Source: an uncultured Acidobacteriota bacterium
GTDB taxonomy: Bacteria > Acidobacteriota > Thermoanaerobaculia > Multivoradales > UBA5704
NCBI GenBank assembly: GCA_963700145.1
Contig: OY969474.1
Coordinates: 3,616,001-3,680,000, forward strand
Reading direction: 5' to 3'
Length of the DNA: 64,000 nucleotides
Part shown: positions 54,017 through 64,000 of the stretch, one piece after another
How the letters are laid out: every line of letters starts with the position of its first letter
Position numbering within the stretch: position 1 is the stretch's first letter
Position numbers and translations under genes: made by a program
Notes under the pieces: model-generated
What the model saw: only the letters and a program-made list of their open reading frames with translations
What the model was told of the DNA's origin: nothing
Database searches by the model: none

Positions 54017-54931
54017 TTGCTCCTTACGCTTGCGCCGCTGAGCGCCTGCGTCGATCACTATCTCGTCCACCCCCGCCGGCCGCCGGTGGGCGTGGTGGCG
54101 CACAGCGAGGCGATGGTGCGCGGGAAGCTGTTGATCCGGCTGGAGTGGGCGCGGCCGATCGGCGAGGGGCGATACCCGGCGGTGATCGTCCATCCGGAGG
54201 CGGGGCACCTGGCGCGAGAGATGCGCGGCGTGGTGCGCGACCTTGCGGCGCGTGGCTACGTGGCGGTGGCGGCGGATTACCGGCGGGCGGTCGGGAGCAC
54301 GTACCGCGACACGCTCTTCACCTGGCGCGACCCCGGCGACCCGCGCGCCGTCTTCGACCGCGTGCGCGGCGACCGCCGCGTCGACCCCGCGCGCATCGGC
54401 CTCCTCGGCTTCTCGCAAGGCGGCGTCTATAGCCTGGTCATCGCCGCCGAGACGGGCGGCGCGGCGGCGGTCGTCGCCTACTACCCAGTGACCGACTTCG
54501 AGCGCTGGCTCGACGACCCGTCGCGCCGCCGGCGCGAGCGGTGGGTGTTCCGCCTGATCCGCCGGCACTTAGTCCGCCAGTCGGGCGCCGCGACCGAAGA
54601 GGAGTTCCGCACCCTCCTCGCCCGCGCCTCGCCCCTCCGCCACGCCGACCGCATCCGCGCCCCGGTCCTCTTGGTGCACGGTACCCGCGACCGCTCCGCG
54701 AGCGTCGAGGAATCCCGCCGCCTAGCCGCCCGCCTCCGAGAGCTCGGCCGCCCCGTCGAGCTGCTGGAGGTCCCGGACGCCGGCCACGTCTTCAACTTCC
54801 GCAACCGCGAGAAGGCCGCGCTGGCCTGGGAGGCCACGGTCGCCTTCCTCGACCGGCACGTGAAGGTGAAGTTCGCCTACTCTCCGACCTCTCCCAGCGC
54901 GGCCCGGACCAATTGGCGCCGGGCCTGCTGA
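54017..54931 (+). CDS. Dienelactone hydrolase/S9-family alpha/beta hydrolase (lipoprotein)
   Basis: RIGLLGFSQGG nucleophile elbow, LLVHGTRD, AGHVF; lipobox LSAC; start uncertain. Confidence 0.85.
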   Translation: MLLTLAPLSACVDHYLVHPRRPPVGVVAHSEAMVRGKLLIRLEWARPIGEGRYPAVIVHPEAGHLAREMRGVVRDLAARGYVAVAADYRRAVGSTYRDTLFTWRDPGDPRAVFDRVRGDRRVDPARIGLLGFSQGGVYSLVIAAETGGAAAVVAYYPVTDFERWLDDPSRRRRERWVFRLIRRHLVRQSGAATEEEFRTLLARASPLRHADRIRAPVLLVHGTRDRSASVEESRRLAARLRELGRPVELLEVPDAGHVFNFRNREKAALAWEATVAFLDRHVKVKFAYSPTSPSAARTNWRRAC

Positions 54932-55233
54932 TCGTCCAACACCGCTTCGTACGAAGGCCGCCGGCGCGCCAGCGCCAGCACCTGGGCTTCGCCGGCTCCC
55001 AAGTCCCAGGCTGCGATCTCTTCCGGCAGCGGTACGTCCGGTTCTACGCGAAGCCAACTGGCCTCGCCGAGTGTCGTGAGCTCCGGATGAAGGTCCTTAC
55101 CGGCGAGCACCTCGCGGAGGACGGCCGCAGGGACGACCACCCCGGCAGCGAGCCCGGGCAGAAGGAAGAGCCGGTCGATGCGCGACAGGAAGATCAGCGG
55201 TGAGGCGTTGACGACGAGCGATCTCTCATCCAC
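54877..55233 (-). pseudogene. DUF3368-type PIN toxin with probable internal deletion
   Basis: VVNASPLIFL, VPAAVLRE, LGAGEAQVL, VLDDQQARR then directly a terminal-like LVRAALGEVGE; 118 aa versus the usual ~160. Confidence 0.6.
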
Positions 55234-55477
55234 GCCCGAGCTCCTCGCGGAGCTCCTCCACTGTGATCTGGATCGCGGGCACCTTGCGGCGGAACAGCTC
55301 GTCGAGGAAGCGGGCGCGGTCGAGCCCCGCGATCTCGGCGGCCTTGCCCTGCGAGATCAGGCCCTGCGAGTACCAGTGGATCGCGGCCGCGAGCCGCATC
55401 TCGTCGGCAAACTCCTCGGGAGATTTGCGCAGCGCCGAGAAGATGTCCGGCGGGAAATCGAAGACGACGCGAGCCAT
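55226..55477 (-). CDS. UPF0175 family antitoxin
   Basis: EMRLAAAIHWYSQGLISQGKAAEIAGLDRARFL; RBS gaggag. Confidence 0.9.
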   Translation of the reverse strand: MARVVFDFPPDIFSALRKSPEEFADEMRLAAAIHWYSQGLISQGKAAEIAGLDRARFLDELFRRKVPAIQITVEELREELGRG

Positions 55478-55529
55478 CAAGGCACTCCTCTCAGAGTGAT
55501 CATAGTCCTCTAGTAGCATGCCCGCGGCC

Positions 55530-56447
55530 ATGACCCCGACCCTCGAGCTGCGCGACGTGCGCAAGACGTATGGCGACGTCGCCGCGGTGCGCGGGGTCAC
55601 GTTCTCCGTGCCGGCGGGGACGATCTCCGGGCTCCTGGGGCCGAACGGGGCGGGGAAGACGACGACCATTCGGATGATCATGGACATCATCGCCCCGGAT
55701 ACGGGCGAGGTGCTGGTCTTCGGGCACCCGCGGACGCGGGAGGACTTGCGGCGGATCGGGTACCTGCCGGAGGAGCGGGGGCTCTACCGCAAGATGACGG
55801 TGGTGGACCAGCTCGTCTACCTGGGCGAGCTGCGCGGCATGAAGCGCCGAGAGTCGCTGCCGCGGATCGTCGAGTGGCTGGAGCGGGTGGGGCTCTCGGC
55901 GTGGGGGAAGAGGAAGATCGAGGAGCTGTCGAAGGGGATGCAGCAGAAGGTGCAGCTCGTCGGCACGGTGCTCCACGAGCCCGACCTCCTGGTCCTCGAC
56001 GAGCCCTTCGCCGGCCTCGACCCAATCAACCAGTCGCTCTTCCGCGACCTCCTGCTCGATTACCGGCGGCGCGGCAAGACGGTCGTCCTCTCGACCCACG
56101 GCATGCTCCTGGCCGAGAAGCTCTGCGACCACATCTGCCTGATCTCGGCCGGGGAGGTGGTGCTGGCCGGCGAGCTGCGCGCGATCCGCCGGCGGCTGGG
56201 CGGCAACGCCTACCGGCTGCGCGCCGCCAATCCCCAGCAGCTCGACCTCGACCGGCTCGCCGAGGTGCCGGGGATCGAGCGCGCGGCGGTCGCGGACGGC
56301 ATGGTCAAGCTCCTCCTCGCCCCCGGCGCCGACGGCGGCCGGGTGCTGCGCGACCTGGTCGGCTTCCTCGACGTCGAGGAGTTCCGCAGCGAGGAGCCGG
56401 ACCTCGAGGAGATCTTCATCAAGGCGGTGAGCGGTGCGGCCGTCTGA
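55530..56447 (+). CDS. ABC transporter ATP-binding protein (NatA/YhaQ-like)
   Basis: GPNGAGKTT, GYLPEERGLY, LSKGMQQK, LDEPFAGLDP. Confidence 0.95.
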   Translation: MTPTLELRDVRKTYGDVAAVRGVTFSVPAGTISGLLGPNGAGKTTTIRMIMDIIAPDTGEVLVFGHPRTREDLRRIGYLPEERGLYRKMTVVDQLVYLGELRGMKRRESLPRIVEWLERVGLSAWGKRKIEELSKGMQQKVQLVGTVLHEPDLLVLDEPFAGLDPINQSLFRDLLLDYRRRGKTVVLSTHGMLLAEKLCDHICLISAGEVVLAGELRAIRRRLGGNAYRLRAANPQQLDLDRLAEVPGIERAAVADGMVKLLLAPGADGGRVLRDLVGFLDVEEFRSEEPDLEEIFIKAVSGAAV

Positions 56448-57714
56448 CGCCTACGTCGTCGGCAAGCGCGAGTACCTGGTCCGCATCAAGGGCTGGGGGT
56501 TCTGGGTTGCCACCTTCGGCCTGCCGCTCTTCCTGGCGGCGCTGATGGCGGTGCCGGCGCTGCTGATGACCCGCGGCCGCGCGGCGCAGCGGCTGGCGCT
56601 GGTGGACACGACCGGCGAGCTGGCGGGTCCGCTGCGCGAGCGGCTGGCGAGCGCCGAGCGCGAGGGGACGAGGGTCGTCGACTTCGACCTCCGCGTGCTG
56701 CCGCCGGGGCCCGAAGCGGCCGCGCAGCGCGCCCGCCTCGACCGCATGGCGCTCGCCGACGAGATCGACGCCTGGATCTGGCTCGACGAGGAGGAGCTCG
56801 AGCGCGGCCGCTTCGAGTACCACTCCGAGAGCGTCTCGTCCTGGCTCACGCAGGAGGTGCTGGAGGGCGTGGTCTCCGAGGTGGTCGGGGCCTGGCGGCT
56901 GCGCCGCGCCGGCTTCGACACCGAGAAGATCGCCGAGCTGAGCCGCGGCGTCGACCTGCGGACGGTCAAGGTGTCGGAGGCCGGCAGCAGCGCCGAAGGC
57001 GGCTTCGGCGGCGTCGTCCTGGCGATCTTCCTCTTCACCATCCTCTACGCGGTGCTCATCCTCTACGGCACCCAGGTGATGCAGGGGGTGCTCGAGGAGA
57101 AGACCTCGCGCATCGTCGAGGTGGTGACCTCGGCGGTGCGGCCGCTGGAGCTGATGCTCGGCAAGCTCGTCGGGATCTGCTGCGTCGGGCTGACGCAGGT
57201 GGCGATCTGGCTCGCCGCCGCGACGCTCTTGACCGCGCCGGGGGTCTTCGCCTTGCGCGGCATGCTGCCCGAAGGGCTCAACGTGCCGTCCTTCACGCCG
57301 GGCCTCGTCCTCCACTTCCTGGCGCTCTTCCTGATCGGCTTCTTCCTCTTCGCCACCCTCTACGCCATGGTCGGCGCCGCCACCAACAACATGCAGGAGG
57401 CGCAGCACCTGGCGAGCTTCGCCATCGTCTTCCTGGTGGCGCCGATGTTCTTCTTCATGCAGGTCATCAACGACCCCGACGGGCGGCTCGCGGTGGTGAC
57501 CTCGATGATCCCGTTCTTCATGCCGCTGGTCATGATGCTGCGCATCGCGGTCAAGACGCCGCCGATGTGGCAGCTCGCCGTGGCCTACACGCTCGCCATC
57601 GTCACGGCCTGCGGCCTGGTCTGGGTCTGCGCCCGGGTTTACCGCGTCGGGATCCTGATGTACGGCAAGCGCCCGACGCTGGCGGAGCTCTGGCGCTGGG
57701 TGCGCTATGCCTGA
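56434..57714 (+). CDS. ABC-2 permease (NatB/YhaP-like)
   Basis: KREYL, VLEEKTSRIVEV, LMLGK, YRVGILMYGKRP. Confidence 0.92.
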   Translation: MRPSDAYVVGKREYLVRIKGWGFWVATFGLPLFLAALMAVPALLMTRGRAAQRLALVDTTGELAGPLRERLASAEREGTRVVDFDLRVLPPGPEAAAQRARLDRMALADEIDAWIWLDEEELERGRFEYHSESVSSWLTQEVLEGVVSEVVGAWRLRRAGFDTEKIAELSRGVDLRTVKVSEAGSSAEGGFGGVVLAIFLFTILYAVLILYGTQVMQGVLEEKTSRIVEVVTSAVRPLELMLGKLVGICCVGLTQVAIWLAAATLLTAPGVFALRGMLPEGLNVPSFTPGLVLHFLALFLIGFFLFATLYAMVGAATNNMQEAQHLASFAIVFLVAPMFFFMQVINDPDGRLAVVTSMIPFFMPLVMMLRIAVKTPPMWQLAVAYTLAIVTACGLVWVCARVYRVGILMYGKRPTLAELWRWVRYA

Positions 57715-58139
57715 TGGGGCGAGCCGACCGTAAGCCGCCGCCGCCGAGCGACCCGGACGCCGGCGTCTGGCGCGGGCGCTCGGTGGCGCGCCGCTTCGTC
57801 TCGCCGGACGGGATGACGGTGCTCGTCGGGCGCACCGCCGCCGACAACGACATCCTCACCCTCGAGCTCGCCGCGCCGCGCGACTTCTGGCTCCACGTCG
57901 CGGCCGACTCCGGCTCGCACGTCGTGGTGCGCAACCCCGAGGGGCTCGAGCGGATGCCGCGCGAGACCGCCCGCTACGCCGCGGCGCTCGCCGCCGGGTA
58001 CTCGAAGCTCGCCGCCGGCGGTCGCACCGCGGTCCACGTCACGACGCGCGCCGAGGTCAGCAAGCCGCGCGGCTATCCGGCCGGGATGGTGCTCCTCGGG
58101 CGGTACACGACGGTCTACGCGCAGCCGGTCAAGAGTTAG
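57714..58139 (+). CDS. Stand-alone NFACT-R (DUF814) RNA-binding protein
   Basis: VLVGRTAADNDILT, DFWLH, GSHVVVR, AAGYSK. Confidence 0.88.
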   Translation: MGRADRKPPPPSDPDAGVWRGRSVARRFVSPDGMTVLVGRTAADNDILTLELAAPRDFWLHVAADSGSHVVVRNPEGLERMPRETARYAAALAAGYSKLAAGGRTAVHVTTRAEVSKPRGYPAGMVLLGRYTTVYAQPVKS

Positions 58140-58149
58140 GCCTTCAGCT

Positions 58150-58241
58150 TGTCATCCCGAGCGCAGCCGAGGGATCTGGGCGGGGGGAACCGACGGCGCG
58201 CCACCCTGCCCCCAGATCCCTCGCTCACGCTCGGGATGACA
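58150..58241. repeat. REP-like element, copy 5, between convergent genes
   Basis: tgtcatcccgagcgcagccgagggatctggg...cccagatccctcgctcacgctcgggatgaca. Confidence 0.9.
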
Positions 58242-58245
58242 GCAT

Positions 58246-58833
58246 TCACCAGGTCGGAAAGTGCGGGTCGTCGCGCACCCGCTCGGCCTGGAGCAGGTGG
58301 CGCTGTTGGTGGACGACGAGGAGGACCAGCGACTCGCCCAGCCGCAGGCGGAGGAGGCGGGTGATCGGCGAGCCGACGTGGAGGCGGTTGAGCGGCAGCC
58401 CCTCGGCGTCGCGCAGCAGGCCCGCGGTCGTCGCCTGGCCGGCCAGGAAGTGGCGCCAGGACTTGGGCGGCGGCTTGTCCTCGGGACGGAAGACCTTCGG
58501 GGCGCGGGCGCGATAGGCGCTTCCCGGCCGCATGGCGGAGATCATCCGCCGGCCGATCCAGGACTTGGCGATCGGCTCCTCGGCGCCGCGGCTCTTGCCG
58601 CGCGCCCGCGCCCGCTCGATCACCGGCCGCACCCGCCAGGCGTAGAGGGCGTCGGCGATCCGCAGGTGCTCGAAGCAGTGGGCGATCGACCAGCTCTCGA
58701 GGTTGGTGCGCCAGGTGAGCTGGTCGTCGGAGAGGCCGGTGCAGAGTCGCTCGGTCGCGCGCGAGACCTCCTCGAGGTCGGCGGCGAGGCTGCGGAGGTC
58801 CGGGGGGCGCCGCGGCGGAGCGGGCTCGCTCAC
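58246..58833 (-). CDS. DinB family protein
   Basis: GLSDDQLTW...[10 protein letters not shown]...HQQRHLLQA. Confidence 0.85.
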   Translation of the reverse strand: MSEPAPPRRPPDLRSLAADLEEVSRATERLCTGLSDDQLTWRTNLESWSIAHCFEHLRIADALYAWRVRPVIERARARGKSRGAEEPIAKSWIGRRMISAMRPGSAYRARAPKVFRPEDKPPPKSWRHFLAGQATTAGLLRDAEGLPLNRLHVGSPITRLLRLRLGESLVLLVVHQQRHLLQAERVRDDPHFPTW

Positions 58834-60416
58834 GAGGTCCTCCGGCGCTCCTCGGGCAGCAGCACGCGCGCCGCCAAGTCCTCCCAGCCGCCGCGCCAGG
58901 CCTCCTCGGTCAGGTGCGCGCGCTGGAAGTGGACCTCCTCGCCGTCGCGGGCGAAGGAATCGGCGGCGAGGCGCACGAGGCCGGCGCGGTGGAGGCCGCC
59001 GAGGAGCCGGTCGCAGCGGGCGCGGTCGAGGCCGTCGCCGGCGAGGGCGCGGCCGAGCTGGCCGGGGGTCTGGCCGTCGGTCTCGCGCAGGGCGTCGAGC
59101 AGGCGGTGGAGGCCGCCGGCCTCGCGCGCCGTCGGCGGGCGGAAGCGGCGGACGGCGCAGCGCGCCGGGGCGCAGGCGTCGCAGAGGCCGCAGGAGGCGC
59201 CGGCGTCCTGCTCGTCGCCGAAGTGGCGCAGGAAAGCGAGCATGCGGCACTCCTGCCCCTCGGCGCAGCGCCCGATCGCGCCGAGCATGGCGCGGCGGTG
59301 GGCGCGCCGCTCGGGGTCGGGCGCGTCGCGCTCGAGGAGCGCCTCCTGGAGCCGCCGATCGGCGAAGGAGTGGAGCAGGACGGCGCGCGCCGGCAGGCCG
59401 TCGCGGCCGGCGCGGCCGATCTCCTGGTACCAGCCCTCGATCGACGCCGGCAGCGCCGTGTGCACGACGGTGCGCACGTCGGCCTTGTCGATCCCCATGC
59501 CGAAGGCGATGGTGGCGACGACGACGTCGAGCGCGCCGGCGAGGAAGGCGGTGCGGGCGCGCACGCGCTCGGCGGCGGCGAGCCCGGCGTGGTAGGGCGC
59601 GGCGGCGAGCCCGGCGGCGGCGAGGTCGGCGGCCAGCGCCGCCGCCTCCTTGCGCGTCGGGACGTAGACCAGGGCCGGCCGGCAGGCCGGATCGTCGAGG
59701 AGGCCGAGGACGGCGGCGCGCCGCGCCGACGGCGGCAGCTCCACGACCTCGATCGCCAGGTTGGTGCGGCGCAGGCCGAGCAGAAACCGCGCCGGGTCGG
59801 CGAGGCCGAGCTGCCGGGCGATGTCATCCTGGACCGCGGGCGTGGCGGTGGCGGTCAGGGCCACGACCGGCGCCGGGCGGAGGCCGGGCAGGCGCTCGCC
59901 CAGGAGCCGGTAGTCGGGGCGGAAGTCGTGCCCCCAGTGCGAGATGCAGTGTGCCTCGTCGATCGCCACCAGGACCGGGCGGCCGCGGGCCAGGAGCTCG
60001 GGGAAGCCGGGCGCCGCCAGCCGCTCGGGGGCGAGGAAGAGGAAGTCGAGGCGGCCGTCGAGGTAGTCGCGGCAAGCGGCGGCGGCCTCGGCGCGCCCGC
60101 GCCCGGAGTGCACCCGCGCGGCGCGCAGGCCGAGGGCGTCGAGGCGCGCGACCTGGTCCTCCATGAGCGCGATGAGCGGCGAGACGACGAGCGTCGTACC
60201 GCCCCGCGCCAGTCCCGGGAGCTGGTAGCAGAGCGACTTGCCGGCCCCGGTCGGCATGACGAGGAGGACGTCGCGACCTTCGGCGGCGGCGCGGCACACC
60301 GCCTCCTGCCCCGGCCGGAAATCGGCCAGGCCGAAGACGGCATGGAGGAGCCCGCGCAAGCGGTCGGCAGGCGCGGCGGCGGCCGAAGGGCCGAAGAGGA
60401 GCGGGAGCGACGACAT
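58830..60416 (-). CDS. recQ: RecQ family ATP-dependent DNA helicase (short, no HRDC)
   Basis: [57 protein letters not shown], Zn site CR...CGLCDAC. Confidence 0.93.
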   Translation of the reverse strand: MSSLPLLFGPSAAAAPADRLRGLLHAVFGLADFRPGQEAVCRAAAEGRDVLLVMPTGAGKSLCYQLPGLARGGTTLVVSPLIALMEDQVARLDALGLRAARVHSGRGRAEAAAACRDYLDGRLDFLFLAPERLAAPGFPELLARGRPVLVAIDEAHCISHWGHDFRPDYRLLGERLPGLRPAPVVALTATATPAVQDDIARQLGLADPARFLLGLRRTNLAIEVVELPPSARRAAVLGLLDDPACRPALVYVPTRKEAAALAADLAAAGLAAAPYHAGLAAAERVRARTAFLAGALDVVVATIAFGMGIDKADVRTVVHTALPASIEGWYQEIGRAGRDGLPARAVLLHSFADRRLQEALLERDAPDPERRAHRRAMLGAIGRCAEGQECRMLAFLRHFGDEQDAGASCGLCDACAPARCAVRRFRPPTAREAGGLHRLLDALRETDGQTPGQLGRALAGDGLDRARCDRLLGGLHRAGLVRLAADSFARDGEEVHFQRAHLTEEAWRGGWEDLAARVLLPEERRRTS

Positions 60417-60440
60417 CGAGCGGCTCGGAGGAAGCCGAGG

Positions 60441-61478
60441 TTATCGCACCTTGCGCATCGAGGTCCGCAGCTCGAGAGTAGCGAGGGCGGGGAGGCCGAC
60501 GGCCAGGACGACGGCGTAGTGGAGGCCGCGGTAGAGGAGGGTGCCGGCGGCGGCGTCGACGCGATCGACGCCGAGGGCGGCGAAGGAGGCGACCATCGCG
60601 GCTTCGGTGGCGCCGATGCCGCCGGGGACGCCGGTGAGCATGCCGGCGGCGAGGCCGAGGGAGACCGCGCCGACGACCACCGCCATCGGCACTTCGGCGC
60701 CGAAGCCGCGGAAGACCAGCCACTGCGCGAAGGCGTTGAGGAGGAAGAAGCCGGCGCCGAGCCCCACCACCTGCCAGCGCAGGCGTTGGTCGGCGAGGAG
60801 GCGCGCGAAGACCTCCACCGCCTCGTGGCTGTGGGAGAGGAGCTTCCCCATGCGGCCGGTCGCCGCCGCCGCGCGCCGCGCCAGGACGGCCGCCAGCCGC
60901 CCGCCGCTCCCCTCGCCGCTCCGCCGGCTCCAGACGAAGAGCGCGACGCCGGCGGCGACGAAGGCCGCGAGGGCCGCCCAGCCGAGCCGCCAGCGGCCCA
61001 GCGCGAAGGCCATGACGATGAGCGCCGCCCAGGAGAGCGCCGTCATCACCGCGTTGTGGGCGAGCTGGTCGAAGAGGACGACACCGTAGGCGCGGCCGAA
61101 GCCGCCGGCGCCGCCGCGCGCGGTGTAGCGGGCGCGCAGCAGGCCGCCGGCCAGGCGGATGGTCGGCGTCACCATGTTGACCGCCGCCGAGGCGAGGAGG
61201 GCGAAGAAGCCGGTCGCGAGGCTCGGCGCGCGCTCCACCCGGCGCATCGCCAGGTACCAGCGCACGTCCCAGATCGCGAAGCGGGCGAGGAGGCAGAGCG
61301 TGGCGAGCGCCAGGATCGGCCAGCTTGCGCTCTCGAGGCGGCCGGCAACCTCCGCCCAGCGCACGCCGGCGAGGAGCCGCACCGCGAGCCACACCGCCAG
61401 GACGACGATCGCGACTTTGGCGAGCGTCGAGACCCAGGGGAGCCAGCGCGAGCGCTTGCGGGGTGGGTCCTGAGGCAT
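60441..61478 (-). CDS. UPF0104/lysylphosphatidylglycerol synthase TM flippase
   Basis: Multiple TM helices; NMVTPT...AGG; VPGGIGATEAAM; LLYRGLHY. Confidence 0.85.
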   Translation of the reverse strand: MPQDPPRKRSRWLPWVSTLAKVAIVVLAVWLAVRLLAGVRWAEVAGRLESASWPILALATLCLLARFAIWDVRWYLAMRRVERAPSLATGFFALLASAAVNMVTPTIRLAGGLLRARYTARGGAGGFGRAYGVVLFDQLAHNAVMTALSWAALIVMAFALGRWRLGWAALAAFVAAGVALFVWSRRSGEGSGGRLAAVLARRAAAATGRMGKLLSHSHEAVEVFARLLADQRLRWQVVGLGAGFFLLNAFAQWLVFRGFGAEVPMAVVVGAVSLGLAAGMLTGVPGGIGATEAAMVASFAALGVDRVDAAAGTLLYRGLHYAVVLAVGLPALATLELRTSMRKVR

Positions 61479-61512
61479 GATTCGAGGATAACGCGCGGGG
61501 CGAGGAGGCGTG

Positions 61513-62963
<1,451 letters not shown>

Positions 62964-62967
<4 letters not shown>

Positions 62968-63197
62968 GCGAAACCAAAGTGACCGTGCTGCGCAACGGCC
63001 CCCTGCGCATCGAGGGGGACTTCGAGATCCTCGACCCGGCGGGGAGCGCCTACGGGCTGGCCGGGCGGACCGTGCTGTCCCTCTGCCGCTGCGGCCAATC
63101 GCAGAACAAGCCGTTCTGCGACGGCAGCCACAACCACCACGGCTTCCAGGACGAGCCCCAGGCGCGCGAGCTGCCGCCGAAGAAGCCGGTTGCATAG
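62964..63197 (+). CDS. CDGSH iron-sulfur domain protein
   Basis: NGPLRIEG...LCRCGQSQNKPFCDGSH; ATGA coupling. Confidence 0.93.
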
Positions 63198-64000
63198 GGC
63201 CCTAGTCCTCTTCCTGCTCGCCCTGGCCGTCATCGCGCCGGCCGCGGCGCAGGGGCCGGCAGCCGACTGGCGGACGCTCGAGACCGCGCACTTTCGCTTC
63301 CACTACCCGGCGGAGTCCGAGGCCTGGGTGCGGCGGGCGGCGGCGCGGGTCGAGTCGATCCGGGAGCGGGTGGCGGCGGAGGTTGGCTACGCGCCGCCGC
63401 AGCGGGTGGAGGTGCTGGTCTCCGATCCGCTGGCGGTGCCGAACGGCGCGGCGCTTCCGTTTCTCGGCCGCCCGCGCCTCGTGCTGTGGACCAGCCCGCC
63501 GCCGCCGGGGTCGGTCATCGGCCACTACCGCGACTGGTCCGAGGTCCTCTTGGTGCACGAGGAGGCGCACCTCGCGCACCTCCTCCGACCCTCGCGCAAC
63601 CCGCTGCGTCGCAACCTCGACTGGCTGCTGCCGGTTGGGCCGATCTCGCTGGCGGCGCCGCGCTGGGCGATCGAGGGGTACGCGACGCTGGTCGAAGGGC
63701 GGCTGACCGGCGCCGGCCGGCCGCACGGCGATTTGCGCGCGGCGGTGCTGCGGCGCTGGGCGCTCGCCGGGCGCCTGCCGAGCTACGCCGGGCTCTCCAG
63801 CGACGACCGCTGGCTCGGGCTGTCGATGGCCTACCTCGCTGGCTCGGCCTACCTGGAGTGGCTGGAGGCGCGGGCCGAGCCCGGGAGCCTGCCGAAGCTC
63901 TGGGCGCGGCTCAGCGCGCGCCGCAGCCGCAGCTTCGACGAGGCCTTCCGCGGCGTCTTCGGCGACGACCCCGCCGACCTCTACGGCCGCTTCACCGCCG
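63190..64000 (+). CDS. Secreted gluzincin-like protein, 3'-truncated by window edge
   Basis: TTG start; signal then DWRTLETAHFRFHYP; HEEAH and WAIEGYAT; frame open to the end. Confidence 0.75.
   Translation, partial: MHRALVLFLLALAVIAPAAAQGPAADWRTLETAHFRFHYPAESEAWVRRAAARVESIRERVAAEVGYAPPQRVEVLVSDPLAVPNGAALPFLGRPRLVLWTSPPPPGSVIGHYRDWSEVLLVHEEAHLAHLLRPSRNPLRRNLDWLLPVGPISLAAPRWAIEGYATLVEGRLTGAGRPHGDLRAAVLRRWALAGRLPSYAGLSSDDRWLGLSMAYLAGSAYLEWLEARAEPGSLPKLWARLSARRSRSFDEAFRGVFGDDPADLYGRFTA

Overview
Very GC-rich bacterial chromosomal segment; the gene repertoire (Oar-like TonB receptor, VPS10/BNR proteins, CHAT-TPR proteins, sulfatase-TPR) suggests Acidobacteriota, probably Thermoanaerobaculia (inference only). 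About 50 real CDS can be separated from many GC-rich shadow ORFs. Housekeeping and envelope genes include pyrF, RecQ, a NatAB-like ABC transporter, a glycosylation cluster, a carbamoyltransferase, BlaI/BlaR1, two VPS10 paralogues and a PLP decarboxylase. They are interspersed with four toxin-antitoxin modules and several lower-GC inserts. No rRNA, tRNA, CRISPR array, transposase or integrase was recognised. Main points: (1) a ~12 kb locus (41.7-54.0 kb) with three clan-CD cysteine proteases (one CHAT, two caspase-like), all apparently exported, around an ECF sigma/anti-sigma pair and a vWA protein; (2) two homologous ~165 nt elements (26661-26824, 31068-31232) whose diverged terminal arms are each perfectly self-complementary, each sitting within a strand-asymmetric, G-depleted, CTA-rich tract that crosses genes on both strands; (3) a ~370 bp intergenic TGCACC lattice with exact 21-nt phasing; (4) a CGTC-type REP family that supplies start codons or N-terminal residues to genes; (5) a flippase fused in frame to a low-GC nuclease-like domain. 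All product calls come from motif recognition by eye; no database searches were run.
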